From Polyangiaceae bacterium (GTDB taxonomy: Bacteria > Myxococcota_A > Polyangia > Polyangiales > Polyangiaceae): a stretch of DNA of 64,000 bases. The stretch lies in the NCBI GenBank assembly GCA_044222475.1, contig JBGANF010000005.1:64001-128000 (forward strand). The letters run 5' to 3'. Shown piece by piece: positions 46,970 through 58,163 of this stretch. The position numbers and the translations under genes were made by a program. The notes beneath the pieces are model-generated. The model was not told the origin of the DNA and did not search any database. It saw only the letters and a program-made list of their open reading frames with translations. Positions within the stretch are counted from its first letter, which is position 1. The number at the start of each line of letters is the position of its first letter.

Positions 46970-47242
46970 ATGCACACCGGACCGATCTGCCAGAGCTGCT
47001 CGATGCCGCTCGGCACCGCCACCGACTTCGGGACCGACGAACAGGGCGTTCGCGTGAACGAGTACTGTCACCACTGCTACCGCGATGGTCGCTTCACCGA
47101 TCCGGCGATGTCGATCGAGCAGATGGTCGACCGACTCGCCGAGATGAGCGGCGCGATGAACATGGATCCCGCGTCCGCCCGCGCCTTGGCGAAGAAGACG
47201 CTGCCCACGCTTCGTCGCTGGCGCGTGCCGGCGAACGGCTGA
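46970..47242 (+). CDS. Zinc ribbon protein (Zn_ribbon_2-like)
   Basis: CQSCSMPL...YCHHCYRDGRFT...LPTLRRW. Confidence 0.88.
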   Translation: MHTGPICQSCSMPLGTATDFGTDEQGVRVNEYCHHCYRDGRFTDPAMSIEQMVDRLAEMSGAMNMDPASARALAKKTLPTLRRWRVPANG

Positions 47243-47266
47243 CGCCACCCGTGCTACGGTGCCGCC

Positions 47267-47764
47267 GTGCTCGAGACGGTGCATTGGCCGATCGATGGCT
47301 CCGCGACGTTTCCCTCGCGATGCTTGCTGTGTGACCGCGAGTACACCGTCGACCCCGAGCACGTCTCCGAGATGACGCGGAAGCTCGGTCGGCTCCTCGT
47401 CCGCCTGCGATGTCCCGTGTGCCCGCGCTGCGAAGCGCTGCGCCGAAAGCGCCGCGTCCTCTGGGTCGTCGCGTTCCTCGCGTACACCGGGATGAGCGTC
47501 GGCACGATCAGCCTCCTCCAGAGGAGCGGCTTCGGCGAGACGCACGGGTCCGTCCTCTTCTGGGTCACGTGCCTCTTCGTCGGCACCTGCTTCGGCTGGT
47601 TCATCCGAGAGGAGGCGATCTTCCTCCGTCGGTACACGCGGATCTGGATTCACGCCTTGGGCAAGCCGGGGAAGACGCTGATCCTCGCGAGCGAAGACGC
47701 GAAGCTGATCGCCGAGCTCCGCGAGATCGTCGACCATCACTCCGACGGTCGGCCCGCGCCGTAG
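47267..47764 (+). CDS. Hypothetical protein: CxxC knuckles plus 2 TM
   Basis: FPSRCLLC, CPVCPRC, two TM helices; extended -10 TGCTACGGT. Confidence 0.62.
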   Translation: MLETVHWPIDGSATFPSRCLLCDREYTVDPEHVSEMTRKLGRLLVRLRCPVCPRCEALRRKRRVLWVVAFLAYTGMSVGTISLLQRSGFGETHGSVLFWVTCLFVGTCFGWFIREEAIFLRRYTRIWIHALGKPGKTLILASEDAKLIAELREIVDHHSDGRPAP

Positions 47765-48351
47765 CGCACGTCCCGCGACCACTCGAGCACCCGGTGGAAC
47801 GTCTGCGCCGCGAAGCTCGCGTAGGCCGACGCGTTGTGGAGCTGCTGCTCCGGCGTCATGTCGTCGAAGCGCGGGTCCCACTCGGACAGGTGAATCTCCG
47901 GCTCTCCCGAGCGCCCGTCGAAGATGTGCACGCTCTCGTGGATGACCATCGCGGCGCGACACTTGGGGCCGTAGCCGCGCTTCGTCACCGGATCGAACGG
48001 CGCGAACCTCGGTGTAAAGTACACACGATCGCCGCCGATGGCGTAGGCCGGCGGAATGTCGGCCCCCGGCGCCGGGCGAAACAGCGCCATCGCGTCGCGC
48101 TCCGACACGTCGGCGAAGAAGACGTGGCTCCGGTCGAGCACGCGCCGAATCTCGCCGTACGCGGACCGAATCCACACCAGGTGCGACGCGTGCTCCGACG
48201 CGTCGAGCCGCCCGAACGCGAAGTTCGTGGCGAGCGCAGCCTCGGTGAGCGCGTCCGTCGGCCGACCAAGCGCCGCCTCGGCGGCTCCGATCCACGCGAG
48301 CGCCATCGGCTTTCCGTCGATCTCGGCGAGCTCTCGAGGGGTCAGACCCAT
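47737..48351 (-). CDS. M35/aspzincin-like metallopeptidase
   Basis: IHESVHIFD and LHNASAYASF motifs. Confidence 0.7.
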   Translation of the reverse strand: MGLTPRELAEIDGKPMALAWIGAAEAALGRPTDALTEAALATNFAFGRLDASEHASHLVWIRSAYGEIRRVLDRSHVFFADVSERDAMALFRPAPGADIPPAYAIGGDRVYFTPRFAPFDPVTKRGYGPKCRAAMVIHESVHIFDGRSGEPEIHLSEWDPRFDDMTPEQQLHNASAYASFAAQTFHRVLEWSRDVRYGAGRPSE

Positions 48352-48425
48352 GCCCAAGGACTACGCGGAGGTGGGGCATTCTGCCAACTGGTCGGCGCTG
48401 GCCGCGATGCTAGTGTCCGCGCGCC

Positions 48426-49445
48426 ATGCGCCGCACCCCTCTCCTCTTCTCGTCCCTCCTCCTCCTCGTCGTCGCCTGTGGTGACGCCGGGAGCTCGACC
48501 GAACCCGACGCGAGCGGCACGCCCGACGCCAACAAGGCCGACACCGGTGGCAACAAGGACGCCGCCGTGACCGACTCGTCGGCGACCGACTCGTCGACGA
48601 CCGACTCGTCCACCCCGGACGGCGGCGCACCGCTCACCATCTTCACGATCCTCTTCGAAAACCACGACTACAAAGAGGTCGTCGGCTCGCCGAACGCGCC
48701 GTACTTCAACAGCCTCATCGCGACCTACGGCCTCGCGACGAACTACCACGACTCGGGTACACACCCGTCGCTCCCCAACTACCTCGTCCTCGCGAGCGGC
48801 GACCCGCAGTACATCGGCGTCATCGACCTCGACCCGACGACCTTCCCCTTCCCGAAGAAGGCGGCGAACCTCGGGACCCAGCTCCAGGCGAAGGGCATCA
48901 AGTGGCGCTCCTACCAAGAGAGCATGGGCACCGCGTGCAAGCTCAGCGGCTCCGGCACCTACGCCCCGAAGCACGATCCCTTCCTCTACTTCGACGACAT
49001 GCAGAACGGCGCGAACGGTCTCTGCGCGGCGACCAACGTCGACTACTCGCAGTTCGCGGCCGATCTCGCGGGCGGGACCTACCGCTTCATGTGGATCACG
49101 CCGAACCTCACGAACGACGGCCACGATCCCGCGAACGATCCGGTCGCGGCCATCAAGCAATCCGACGCGTGGGCGAAGACCAACGTCGACCTGATCCTCC
49201 AGAGCGCCGCCTTCAAGGCGAACGGCATCCTCTTCATCACGTGGGACGAGGCCGAGGGTCGCAACGGCGACTCGACGTCGCAGATCCCGATGATCATCGT
49301 CTCGCCGAACATCAAGTCGGCCGGCTACAAGTCCGCGGTGAAGTACGGGCACAAGAGCTGGCTCGCCACCGTCGAGGATCTCCTCGGCCTCCCGCGCCTC
49401 GCGACGGTGACGAACGAGCCGGCGATGACCGAGTTCTTCAAGTAG
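48426..49445 (+). CDS. Phosphoesterase/acid phosphatase lipoprotein (alkaline phosphatase superfamily)
   Basis: ENHDY, HPSLPNY, YAPKHDPF, ITPNLTNDGHD, ITWDE. Confidence 0.9.
   Translation: MRRTPLLFSSLLLLVVACGDAGSSTEPDASGTPDANKADTGGNKDAAVTDSSATDSSTTDSSTPDGGAPLTIFTILFENHDYKEVVGSPNAPYFNSLIATYGLATNYHDSGTHPSLPNYLVLASGDPQYIGVIDLDPTTFPFPKKAANLGTQLQAKGIKWRSYQESMGTACKLSGSGTYAPKHDPFLYFDDMQNGANGLCAATNVDYSQFAADLAGGTYRFMWITPNLTNDGHDPANDPVAAIKQSDAWAKTNVDLILQSAAFKANGILFITWDEAEGRNGDSTSQIPMIIVSPNIKSAGYKSAVKYGHKSWLATVEDLLGLPRLATVTNEPAMTEFFK
48570..48614 (+). repeat. 15-bp imperfect tandem repeat ACCGACTCGTCnnCn x3 (TDSS linker)
   Basis: Directly visible in the lipoprotein linker. Confidence 0.75.
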
Positions 49446-49479
49446 CCAAGCGCTCGACCCCGGCGCGTGTTTCACGCTC

Positions 49480-50421
49480 ATGCGCCGGCTCGCCCTCGTG
49501 CTCCTGGTGCTCGGCTGCGGGTCTCCGCCTGCGCCGAAGCCCGAGCCTCCGACGCACGTCACGACGAGCGACGCCACCGAGCCTCCGGTCGACGCCGGCA
49601 TCGACGTCGCGCCGCCGGCTCCGCCACCCTACGATCTCGTCGCCGATCGAGCGCGCATCGTCGACGTCGCTCGCGACGAGCTCGGCGCGTCGGTGCCGGC
49701 GACGGTCGTGCAAGACGCCTTCGTGCTGGTCGCCGCGCCCGGATGGATCGAAGCGGCGCTTCAAGCCAGCAAGTCCCTCGCGACGCGCGCCATCGACGCG
49801 TACTTCAACGGCCGGTTCGACAAGCGCCCCGCTCGCGCCGTGGGCGTGTACCTCTTCCCCGACGGGAAGACGTACCAGGCGTACTGCCGCGCTCGACTCG
49901 GCGGCGACTGCCCGTCGGTCTTCGGGTTCTACCGGCCCGACCTCCGCCGCATCATCATGAACGCCGGCCCCGGCCTCGGCACGCTGACGCACGAGCTCGT
50001 TCACCCGATCGTGGAGGCGGACTTCCCCGGAGCGCCCACGTGGATCGACGAGGGCCTCGCGTCCCTCTTCGAGGCGCCGGTCATCCCGCGCGAGGGCGAG
50101 ATCCACGGCATGAAGAACTGGCGACTTCCACGGCTCCTCACCGGGATGAACGCCGCGAAGGAGCAATCGAGCGCTCGGCTCGACGCGCTCTTCGGCATGG
50201 CGAACGAGACGTTTCGCGACGACCTCGAGAAGTTGCACTATGCAACTGCTCGCTACGTGTGCCAGTGGCTCGACGAGCGCGGGCTGCTCTGGCCGTTCTA
50301 CCGGCAGTGGCGCGACGGCGTGAAAGACGACCCGACCGGAGAGAAGACGTTCACGAAGGTCGTCGGCATGACGCCCGCGCAGGCGAACGTCCCCTGGACC
50401 GCGTGGGTGAAGAAGCTCTGA
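49480..50421 (+). CDS. Lipoprotein, gluzincin-like (DUF1570/peptidase MA-like)
   Basis: Lipobox VLGC; THELVH...WIDEGLA. Confidence 0.78.
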   Translation: MRRLALVLLVLGCGSPPAPKPEPPTHVTTSDATEPPVDAGIDVAPPAPPPYDLVADRARIVDVARDELGASVPATVVQDAFVLVAAPGWIEAALQASKSLATRAIDAYFNGRFDKRPARAVGVYLFPDGKTYQAYCRARLGGDCPSVFGFYRPDLRRIIMNAGPGLGTLTHELVHPIVEADFPGAPTWIDEGLASLFEAPVIPREGEIHGMKNWRLPRLLTGMNAAKEQSSARLDALFGMANETFRDDLEKLHYATARYVCQWLDERGLLWPFYRQWRDGVKDDPTGEKTFTKVVGMTPAQANVPWTAWVKKL

Positions 50422-50424
50422 CGT

Positions 50425-50727
50425 TCACCGGGTGACCTTCGAGCTCCCGGGCGGACACGTACCGTCGGGGTTGGTCTTCCGGTACGCCGCGTCGATCGCG
50501 TCGCCGATGCACGCGAAGCCGACCGCCGGGCATGTGGTGCCTTCGGTGAACGTCCAGCGCGACGCGGTGTCCAAGCCGAGCGCGCACTCCTGCTTCGTCA
50601 GGTCGTCGCGGCAATGCGGCGCCATGCCCGGCGTGGGCGACCACTCGCACGCGCCATGCCGCTCGCGGTGGCAGGAAGCGGCGAACGCGACGAGCAGGGC
50701 CGTGACGATGATGCCTGCGCGCAGCAT
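50425..50727 (-). CDS. Small Cys-rich lipoprotein
   Basis: AASC lipobox; TAGGAT 6 nt upstream of ATG. Confidence 0.65.
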   Translation of the reverse strand: MLRAGIIVTALLVAFAASCHRERHGACEWSPTPGMAPHCRDDLTKQECALGLDTASRWTFTEGTTCPAVGFACIGDAIDAAYRKTNPDGTCPPGSSKVTR

Positions 50728-50819
50728 GACGCCATCCTAACGATTGATGCCCTTCGAGCAACAGTGTGACCCGGCGGGTGGGACTGTCGGAGCGCGCGCG
50801 GCAGGTGCACATTGGTGCC

Positions 50820-51620
50820 ATGACGAACCGAATGCCCGTGGCCTACATCCCCCACGGCGGCGGCCCTTGGCCGTTCGTCGACATGGGGTTGCCGCGAAAC
50901 GAAGTCGACGCCCTCGCGAAGTACCTGCGCGATCTCGCCTCGCTCCCGAAGACCCCGCCGAAGGCGCTGCTCGTGGTGTCGGCGCACTGGGAAGAGTCGA
51001 CGCCGACGGTGATGACCTCGGCGAGCCCGCCCGTCTTCTACGACTACTACGGGTTTCCCCCCGCCTCGTACGAGATCACGTGGCCTGCGCCGGGCGATCC
51101 GGCGCTCGCCGCCCGCGTGCGCTCGCTCCTCGAAGCTGCCGGCTTCTCGACGGCCGAGGACCCGAAGCGCGGCTTCGATCACGGCACGTTCATCCCGCTC
51201 AAGCTCACCTACCCCGACGCGAACGTGCCGACGGTCCAGCTTTCGCTGAAGAAGGGCCTCGATCCGAAGGAGCACCTCGCGATCGGACGGGCGCTCGCGC
51301 CGCTGCGCGACGAGGGCGTCTTCATCGTGGGCAGCGGGTCGAGCTACCACAACATGCGCGGCTTCGGAGACCCGCGCGCCACTGGCAGCGCCGAGGCGTT
51401 CGATGCGTGGCTCCGCGAGACGGTCGCCGCGACCTCGGACGAGCGCGACCGTCGCCTCGCCGACTGGGTGAAGGCCCCGGCCGCGCGGCAAGTCCACCCA
51501 CGCGAAGAGCACCTGCTCCCGCTGATGGTCGTCGCCGGAGCGGCGGGTAAAGACCCCGGCGCGATCGGCTACGGCGGCACCTTCATGGGACTCAAGCTGT
51601 CGGCGGTTCACTTCGCCTGA
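50820..51620 (+). CDS. DODA-type extradiol dioxygenase (LigB/YgiD family)
   Basis: YIPHGGGP, SAHWE, YDYYGFP, RGFDHG, GSGSSYHN, HPREEHLLPL. Confidence 0.93.
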   Translation: MTNRMPVAYIPHGGGPWPFVDMGLPRNEVDALAKYLRDLASLPKTPPKALLVVSAHWEESTPTVMTSASPPVFYDYYGFPPASYEITWPAPGDPALAARVRSLLEAAGFSTAEDPKRGFDHGTFIPLKLTYPDANVPTVQLSLKKGLDPKEHLAIGRALAPLRDEGVFIVGSGSSYHNMRGFGDPRATGSAEAFDAWLRETVAATSDERDRRLADWVKAPAARQVHPREEHLLPLMVVAGAAGKDPGAIGYGGTFMGLKLSAVHFA

Positions 51621-51642
51621 TCCGAAGTGGTATGAGCGTCTC

Positions 51643-52239
51643 GTGCGCTCTTTCGTCGTCGTCGGTCAAACCGCCAGCGCCTCGGACGACTTCCTCCTCG
51701 ACGACATCCCGGGGACGAGCGGACGGCTCGACGTGCTCGCGCGTTGCATCCGCGCGACGCTCCTCGTTTCCCACGGCGTTCGCCGGGACACGCGCTTGTA
51801 CCTGGTGCTCCTCGGCGGCGCCCGGGCGCCGCGCACCGTTCGCTTCGAGGGAGACCGAGCCACGTTCTTGCGGCCGGACGAGCGCTCGCTCGCCGTCCTC
51901 CTGAAGAAGGTCCTCGCCGAAGCGACCGACAGCGGACCGACGTTCGATCATCTCCGTCAGGGCATCTCCGTGGCGCGAGGCGGCGTCGAGGTCGTCCTCC
52001 CCGATCTCGGCTCGGCCAAGCGGTACGTCCTCGACGAGAGCGCACCCGACGTTCGCGAGGCTGTCCCATCTTGGGACAACGACGTCGCATTCCTTCTCGG
52101 CGACCACCGCGGGCTCGACGAGGCGTCCCGCGCCGCGTTCGGCGATGCAACGCCGATCCGCGTCGGTCCCTTGAGTCTCCACACCGAGGACGCGATCGTG
52201 CTCGTCGCGAACGAGCTCGATCGCGCGGGTGCTCGATGA
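51643..52239 (+). CDS. trmY: tRNA (pseudouridine54-N1)-methyltransferase TrmY-like SPOUT
   Basis: GTSGRLDVLARCI, SHGVRRD, LRPDERSLA, FLLGDHRG, VGPLSLHTEDAI...NELD. Confidence 0.85.
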   Translation: MRSFVVVGQTASASDDFLLDDIPGTSGRLDVLARCIRATLLVSHGVRRDTRLYLVLLGGARAPRTVRFEGDRATFLRPDERSLAVLLKKVLAEATDSGPTFDHLRQGISVARGGVEVVLPDLGSAKRYVLDESAPDVREAVPSWDNDVAFLLGDHRGLDEASRAAFGDATPIRVGPLSLHTEDAIVLVANELDRAGAR

Positions 52240-54011
52240 GCGAGGAGCGCGCTCCCCAATCCGCCGCTGGACGCGGGATCCCGCCAGTCCCGGAGCACGG
52301 GATCCTCGCCTGGCTCCCGGGCGTCTGGGTGCTCCGGAACTACCGGCGCGCGTGGCTCGGCGGCGACATCGTCGCCGGGCTCGTGCTCACCGCCATCCTC
52401 GTCCCTGCAGGGATGGGCTACGCCGAGGCGTCCGGCCTCCCCGCGGTCACCGGCCTCTACGCCACCGTGATCCCGCTGCTCGCCTACGCGCTCTTCGGTC
52501 CTTCGCGCATCATGGTGCTCGGCCCCGACAGCGGCCTCGCCGCCCTCGTCGCCGCCGCGGTCATCTCGCGCTCGGCCGGAGACGACGAGCGCGCGATCGG
52601 TCTCGCGTCGCTCCTCGCGATCCTCACCGGCCTGCTCTGCGTCGTCGCCGCCGTCGCGCGCGCCGGCTTCCTCACCGACCTGCTCTCGAAGCCGGTCCGC
52701 GTCGGCTACATGAACGGCATCGCGCTCACCGTGTTCGTGACGCAGCTTCCGAAGCTCTTCGGCTTTTCGGTCAAGGCCTCGGGCGTGACGGACGGCGCAG
52801 TGGGGTTCGCTCGAGGCGTGCTCCAGCACGAGACCAACCTGCACGCGCTCGTGATCGGCGCGTCGTGCTTGGCGTTGATCCTCGTCCTTCGCTGGCTGCT
52901 CCCCAAGATCCCCGGGATCCTGATCGCCGTCGTCCTGGCGACGATCGCGGTGCGGGTCTTCCACCTGAGCTCCGAGCTGAAGGTCGTCGGCGAGGTGCCC
53001 CGCGGCGTGCCGCTCCCGTCGCTGCCGGGCGTCGAGTGGGGCGACCTCGGGCCGATGTTCGTCGCGGCAGTCGGGATCGCGCTCGTGTCGTTCGCGGACA
53101 CGAGCGTGCTCTCCCGTACGTTCGCCGGCCGTCACGGCTACCGCGTCGACGCGAACCGCGAGCTCGCCGGGCTCGGTCTCGCGAACTTCTTCGCCGGATT
53201 CTTCCGCGGTTTCCCGATCAGCAGCAGCGCGTCCCGAACGCCGGTCGCCGAGTCGGCCGGCTCGCGCACGCAGGTCACCGGGGTCGTGGGCGCGCTGGCG
53301 ATCGTCGTGCTGCTCGTCGCCGCGCCGTGGCTCCTCCGCGACATGCCGACGACCGCGCTCGCCGCCGTCGTGCTCGCAGCGGCCCTCCGCATGGTCGACG
53401 TCGCCGCGTGGCGCACCTTCTACCGCGTGCGCCGGCCCGACTTCGTGCTGTCGGTCGTCGCCTTCCTCGCCGTCGCCGGCTTCGGTGTCATCGCCGGCAT
53501 CGGCATCGCGGTCGCAGTGTCGATCCTCGACTTCGTGCGCCGCGCGTGGCGTCCGTACGACGCCGTGCTCGGCCGCGCGCGCGGGGTGAAGGGCTACCAC
53601 GACCTGAGGCGCTACCCCGACGCGCGCCAGGTGCCGGGGCTCCTCTTGTTTCGCTGGGACGCGCCGCTGTTCTTCGCCAACGCCGATCTGTTTCGCGAGC
53701 GGATCATCGACATGGTCGATCTCGCCGCGTCGCCGATCTCCTGGGTGGTGATCGCCGCCGAGCCCATCACCGACATCGACACCACCGCCGCCGAGATGAT
53801 CAAGGAGCTCGACGACGAGCTGACCGCGCGCGGGATCGAGCTCGCGTTCGCCGAGATGAAGGATCCGGTGAAGGACCGACTCCACGCCTACGGCCTCAAG
53901 GCGCGGATCGGCCACGAGTTCTTCTTCCCGACGATCGGCGTGGCGGTGAAGGCCTTCCTCGAGAAGTTTCCGGTCAAGTACGAGGACTGGGAAGACGAGT
54001 CGAAAGCCTAG
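52236..54011 (+). CDS. SulP family anion transporter with STAS domain
   Basis: GDIVAGL..VPAGMGYA..GLY, SSASRT, DAPLFFAN, DIDTTA; ATGA overlap with trmY. Confidence 0.95.
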   Translation: MSEERAPQSAAGRGIPPVPEHGILAWLPGVWVLRNYRRAWLGGDIVAGLVLTAILVPAGMGYAEASGLPAVTGLYATVIPLLAYALFGPSRIMVLGPDSGLAALVAAAVISRSAGDDERAIGLASLLAILTGLLCVVAAVARAGFLTDLLSKPVRVGYMNGIALTVFVTQLPKLFGFSVKASGVTDGAVGFARGVLQHETNLHALVIGASCLALILVLRWLLPKIPGILIAVVLATIAVRVFHLSSELKVVGEVPRGVPLPSLPGVEWGDLGPMFVAAVGIALVSFADTSVLSRTFAGRHGYRVDANRELAGLGLANFFAGFFRGFPISSSASRTPVAESAGSRTQVTGVVGALAIVVLLVAAPWLLRDMPTTALAAVVLAAALRMVDVAAWRTFYRVRRPDFVLSVVAFLAVAGFGVIAGIGIAVAVSILDFVRRAWRPYDAVLGRARGVKGYHDLRRYPDARQVPGLLLFRWDAPLFFANADLFRERIIDMVDLAASPISWVVIAAEPITDIDTTAAEMIKELDDELTARGIELAFAEMKDPVKDRLHAYGLKARIGHEFFFPTIGVAVKAFLEKFPVKYEDWEDESKA

Positions 54012-54526
54012 GGGCGCTGACCCGGACACGGCGCGCCGATTCCAGCGTGAACGACGGCTTCGCGGCCACCCTGCTTGACGACGAGGTCCCAACAGCCCTT
54101 CGCGGGCGCGTAGACCCCACCCGCGAAGACGACCCAGGCATGGGCGCTGGCGCACTTCGGGACGATGACCCGCGCCACCGGGTCGCCGTGGTTCGTCCAG
54201 TGCAACTGCACCGGTGAACCGGCAGGAACGAGGACCTCGAGCTCGGTTCCTGCGCGAACGAGGAGGGCGAGCTTGGAGAACACGTCGTCCTCGCGCATGT
54301 CGACCTGCTGGGCCGCGGCGTCTTTGGCGATCGCCGGCAGCGCCGCCACGTCGAGCACGCTCGTGAACGACGGTGGCAGCTCGTCGACCGCGTCGATCGA
54401 CTCGTCGCATCGGAGCGTCTCCGCCGGTCGGTCGTCGGCTGGAGCGGGGCTCGGCGGCGCCGTCGGTGGCGGGTTCGGCGCGCAGCCTACGACCGTGGCC
54501 AGGAGCACGAGCCAGGTTTTCGACAT
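54008..54526 (-). CDS. Hypothetical lipoprotein
   Basis: VVGC lipobox; FSKLALLVR, FAGG, GIGAPC. Confidence 0.65.
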   Translation of the reverse strand: MSKTWLVLLATVVGCAPNPPPTAPPSPAPADDRPAETLRCDESIDAVDELPPSFTSVLDVAALPAIAKDAAAQQVDMREDDVFSKLALLVRAGTELEVLVPAGSPVQLHWTNHGDPVARVIVPKCASAHAWVVFAGGVYAPAKGCWDLVVKQGGREAVVHAGIGAPCPGQRP

Positions 54527-54542
54527 GCGCCTAGCGTACGCG

Positions 54543-55733
54543 TCATCCGAGCCAACAGCGACCGAACGCCGGTGCGAACCCCGATGGGCAGAGCGACGCG
54601 CACTTGCCGGTCCCGAGGTCGAGCCCGGTGCCCGCCGCGCAGCGGTTGGTCGGTACCGGATTGGGACGAACGGGGGGCGGCGTCACGATCGGCGGAGCGA
54701 CGACGACGGGCGGCGGCGGCTTGGGCGCTTCGCCCGCCACGATGCCATCGACGAGCACGGCGTCCATGATGTGGCGCTTGATGGTGTCCTCGCCGATCCA
54801 GGCGTATCCGCGCTCGCCCCAGGACGTGCCCCACGAGTTGTGGATCAGGAACTGCCGACCGGATGCGACGGTGCGGTAGCCGACGACCGCGACCGCGTGT
54901 CCCCCGTTGGTACGGTCGTAGTCGGGGATCACTCCGCCGCGAATGCCGCGGTAGCTCCAGACCGTCGAGTCGATCTTCAGCTGGAGGTAGATCGGGCGAC
55001 CGCTCGCGAGCGCGCTGACCGCCGCGTCGCCGAATTTGGCGTTCGAGAGCCGCTGCGCGCGACCTACGGTGGCGATGCCCAGGTCCTTGACGCGCTCGCG
55101 CTCGGCGACGAGCGTCGCGTCGCTGCGCCACGAGTCGGTCTTCACGCCGTACGATTGCTCGCACGAGTCGCGCCCTTGCTCGAAGCGGCACGCCTTGATC
55201 GGATCGTACGGCCACGCGGACTCGCGCGCGATCGGCTCGAGGGTGACGCCGCGATCCGAGGTCCGCCACATGTCGTCCCAGGAACCGGACGCGATGACGT
55301 GGAGCGGCGACAGCACCTCCGACCGGCCGAGCTTGCGGAGCGAGCTCTCCATCGTCGTGGTGAGCGCGAACGAGTAGCAGACGCCGGTGCGCTTCTGGTC
55401 CTTCACCGGGCCGTCCAGGCCGACGTTGCGGAGGTCGACGGCGATGGGCGCCGCGACCGCGTTCGGCACGTCGACGACGGGCACCGCCTGCGGGATCGAC
55501 TTGAGCGTGTTGCCGCAAGGGAGCGGCACGAAGATCGACGGAGCGACCTCGACGAGCGGACACGACGCAACGCTGGCGGCGATCGCATCGAGGTCGAACG
55601 GCGGGATGGTGATCGTCTGCTGCCCCGTCGGGGCGGTGGTCACCTTGGGGAACACGATCGGGTCGGCGCTCGCGCTGGTCGACGTGAGGAGCGCCGCCGC
55701 CAGGGCACCGAGCGAGGCAACTGCTTTCCGCAT
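54543..55733 (-). CDS. Secreted papain-family (C1A) cysteine peptidase
   Basis: VKDQ..GVCYSFA, GGHAVAVVGY, IHNSWGTSWGERGY; Pro/Cys-rich tail. Confidence 0.92.
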   Translation of the reverse strand: MRKAVASLGALAAALLTSTSASADPIVFPKVTTAPTGQQTITIPPFDLDAIAASVASCPLVEVAPSIFVPLPCGNTLKSIPQAVPVVDVPNAVAAPIAVDLRNVGLDGPVKDQKRTGVCYSFALTTTMESSLRKLGRSEVLSPLHVIASGSWDDMWRTSDRGVTLEPIARESAWPYDPIKACRFEQGRDSCEQSYGVKTDSWRSDATLVAERERVKDLGIATVGRAQRLSNAKFGDAAVSALASGRPIYLQLKIDSTVWSYRGIRGGVIPDYDRTNGGHAVAVVGYRTVASGRQFLIHNSWGTSWGERGYAWIGEDTIKRHIMDAVLVDGIVAGEAPKPPPPVVVAPPIVTPPPVRPNPVPTNRCAAGTGLDLGTGKCASLCPSGFAPAFGRCWLG

Positions 55734-56057
55734 GCCGGATCGACGTGCGGTGAACGCGAACGATGCACCACGAAACCACTTGTTCCCTCGGAGAGAACTG
55801 CGGTTCTCGGTGAGCCCATCAACGGGCGTTCACGCGTAGCGGTTTGCGTAATCCCACAAGGTGGGTTATGTTGCCCGGCGTCACGATCCTTTGTCGGTGC
55901 CGATATGCGGCGTTCGTCTGTGAGATGCGTGATGGCGCGGCCCCTCTGATGGAGCCCCGTCCGCCCCTCCGAAGCCGCGGCATCTGAGATGGCATCCCGA
56001 GCGCGGGAGTCCCACCTACGGGACTGGCCCGTTCGCCGCGAGAGAGTATTTTTCCCA

Positions 56058-57362
<1,305 letters not shown>

Positions 57363-57395
57363 TCGGCGCAACCCCCGTGCCCGAGCTCGCTGCGA

Positions 57396-57800
57396 TCATC
57401 GAGTGGGGTCCAGGATCGTCAACGTGGCGAGGCTCGGCAGGTCGACCACGACGACGTAGCGACGCACCCTCTCCGGGAGCGAGCTCGCGGTGATGGGAGC
57501 GCGTGGCGAAGCGATCAGCGCATAGACGTCCCCGCCCTCATGGATGTCGAACGCGTAGAAGCCTCGCCTCGCTACCTCGAGCCAGTCCCCGACGATTCGC
57601 CCGCTCGCGTCGTGCAAGTCGACGCCTCCGGTGATTCGACACGACCGGAGCGTGTCTCCGTGGACGTCGTCGTCCTCGAAGAGGCGCGCCGCGTCGGGCA
57701 CGGCGATACGACCGGCAGACGAGAAGTACCCGACGCGTCCGTCGGCGTCGGTCCCGATCCAGTCGAGCTCTCGACCGATGAAGTCCCTCGTCCATGCCAT
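57396..57800 (-). CDS. Hypothetical protein
   Basis: 134 aa; DWIGTDADGRVGYFSSAG...ARRGFYAFD...YALIASP. Confidence 0.68.
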   Translation of the reverse strand: MAWTRDFIGRELDWIGTDADGRVGYFSSAGRIAVPDAARLFEDDDVHGDTLRSCRITGGVDLHDASGRIVGDWLEVARRGFYAFDIHEGGDVYALIASPRAPITASSLPERVRRYVVVVDLPSLATLTILDPTR

Positions 57801-57833
57801 GCGGACCTCAGCGTCGATGCCTCGGGCGAGTCG

Positions 57834-58163
57834 TCACTTCGCAAACATCCGGATGTCATCGAGCGCGTATCCGGCGGTCACCTTGGTGCGCTCTTCGCGT
57901 TGGGCGGCGACCAGCATCGGGACGACGCGAGCATCGATGCAGCGGTGAATGCGAGCGACGTGCCCGAGGCAGATGATGGCGGCGTTCGCGATGTCCGAGT
58001 CGGCCGCGCCCGCTAGCGCCAAGCACCGTTCGGTGACCCAGGCTGCATCGGTGTCGAAGAAAGCAGCGTCGACCAGAGCCTGACAGACGACATGCGGGTC
58101 CGCCGTTGCCAGCGCCCGTACCAACTCGGCGCGCTCGACGCGCTTCGCTCCCACGTACCTCAC
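57834..58163 (-). CDS. Small HEAT-like helical protein, possible immunity protein
   Basis: DAAWVTERCL...AIICLGHVARIH...ALDDIRMF; GTGA overlap with upstream gene. Confidence 0.62.
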   Translation of the reverse strand: MRYVGAKRVERAELVRALATADPHVVCQALVDAAFFDTDAAWVTERCLALAGAADSDIANAAIICLGHVARIHRCIDARVVPMLVAAQREERTKVTAGYALDDIRMFAK

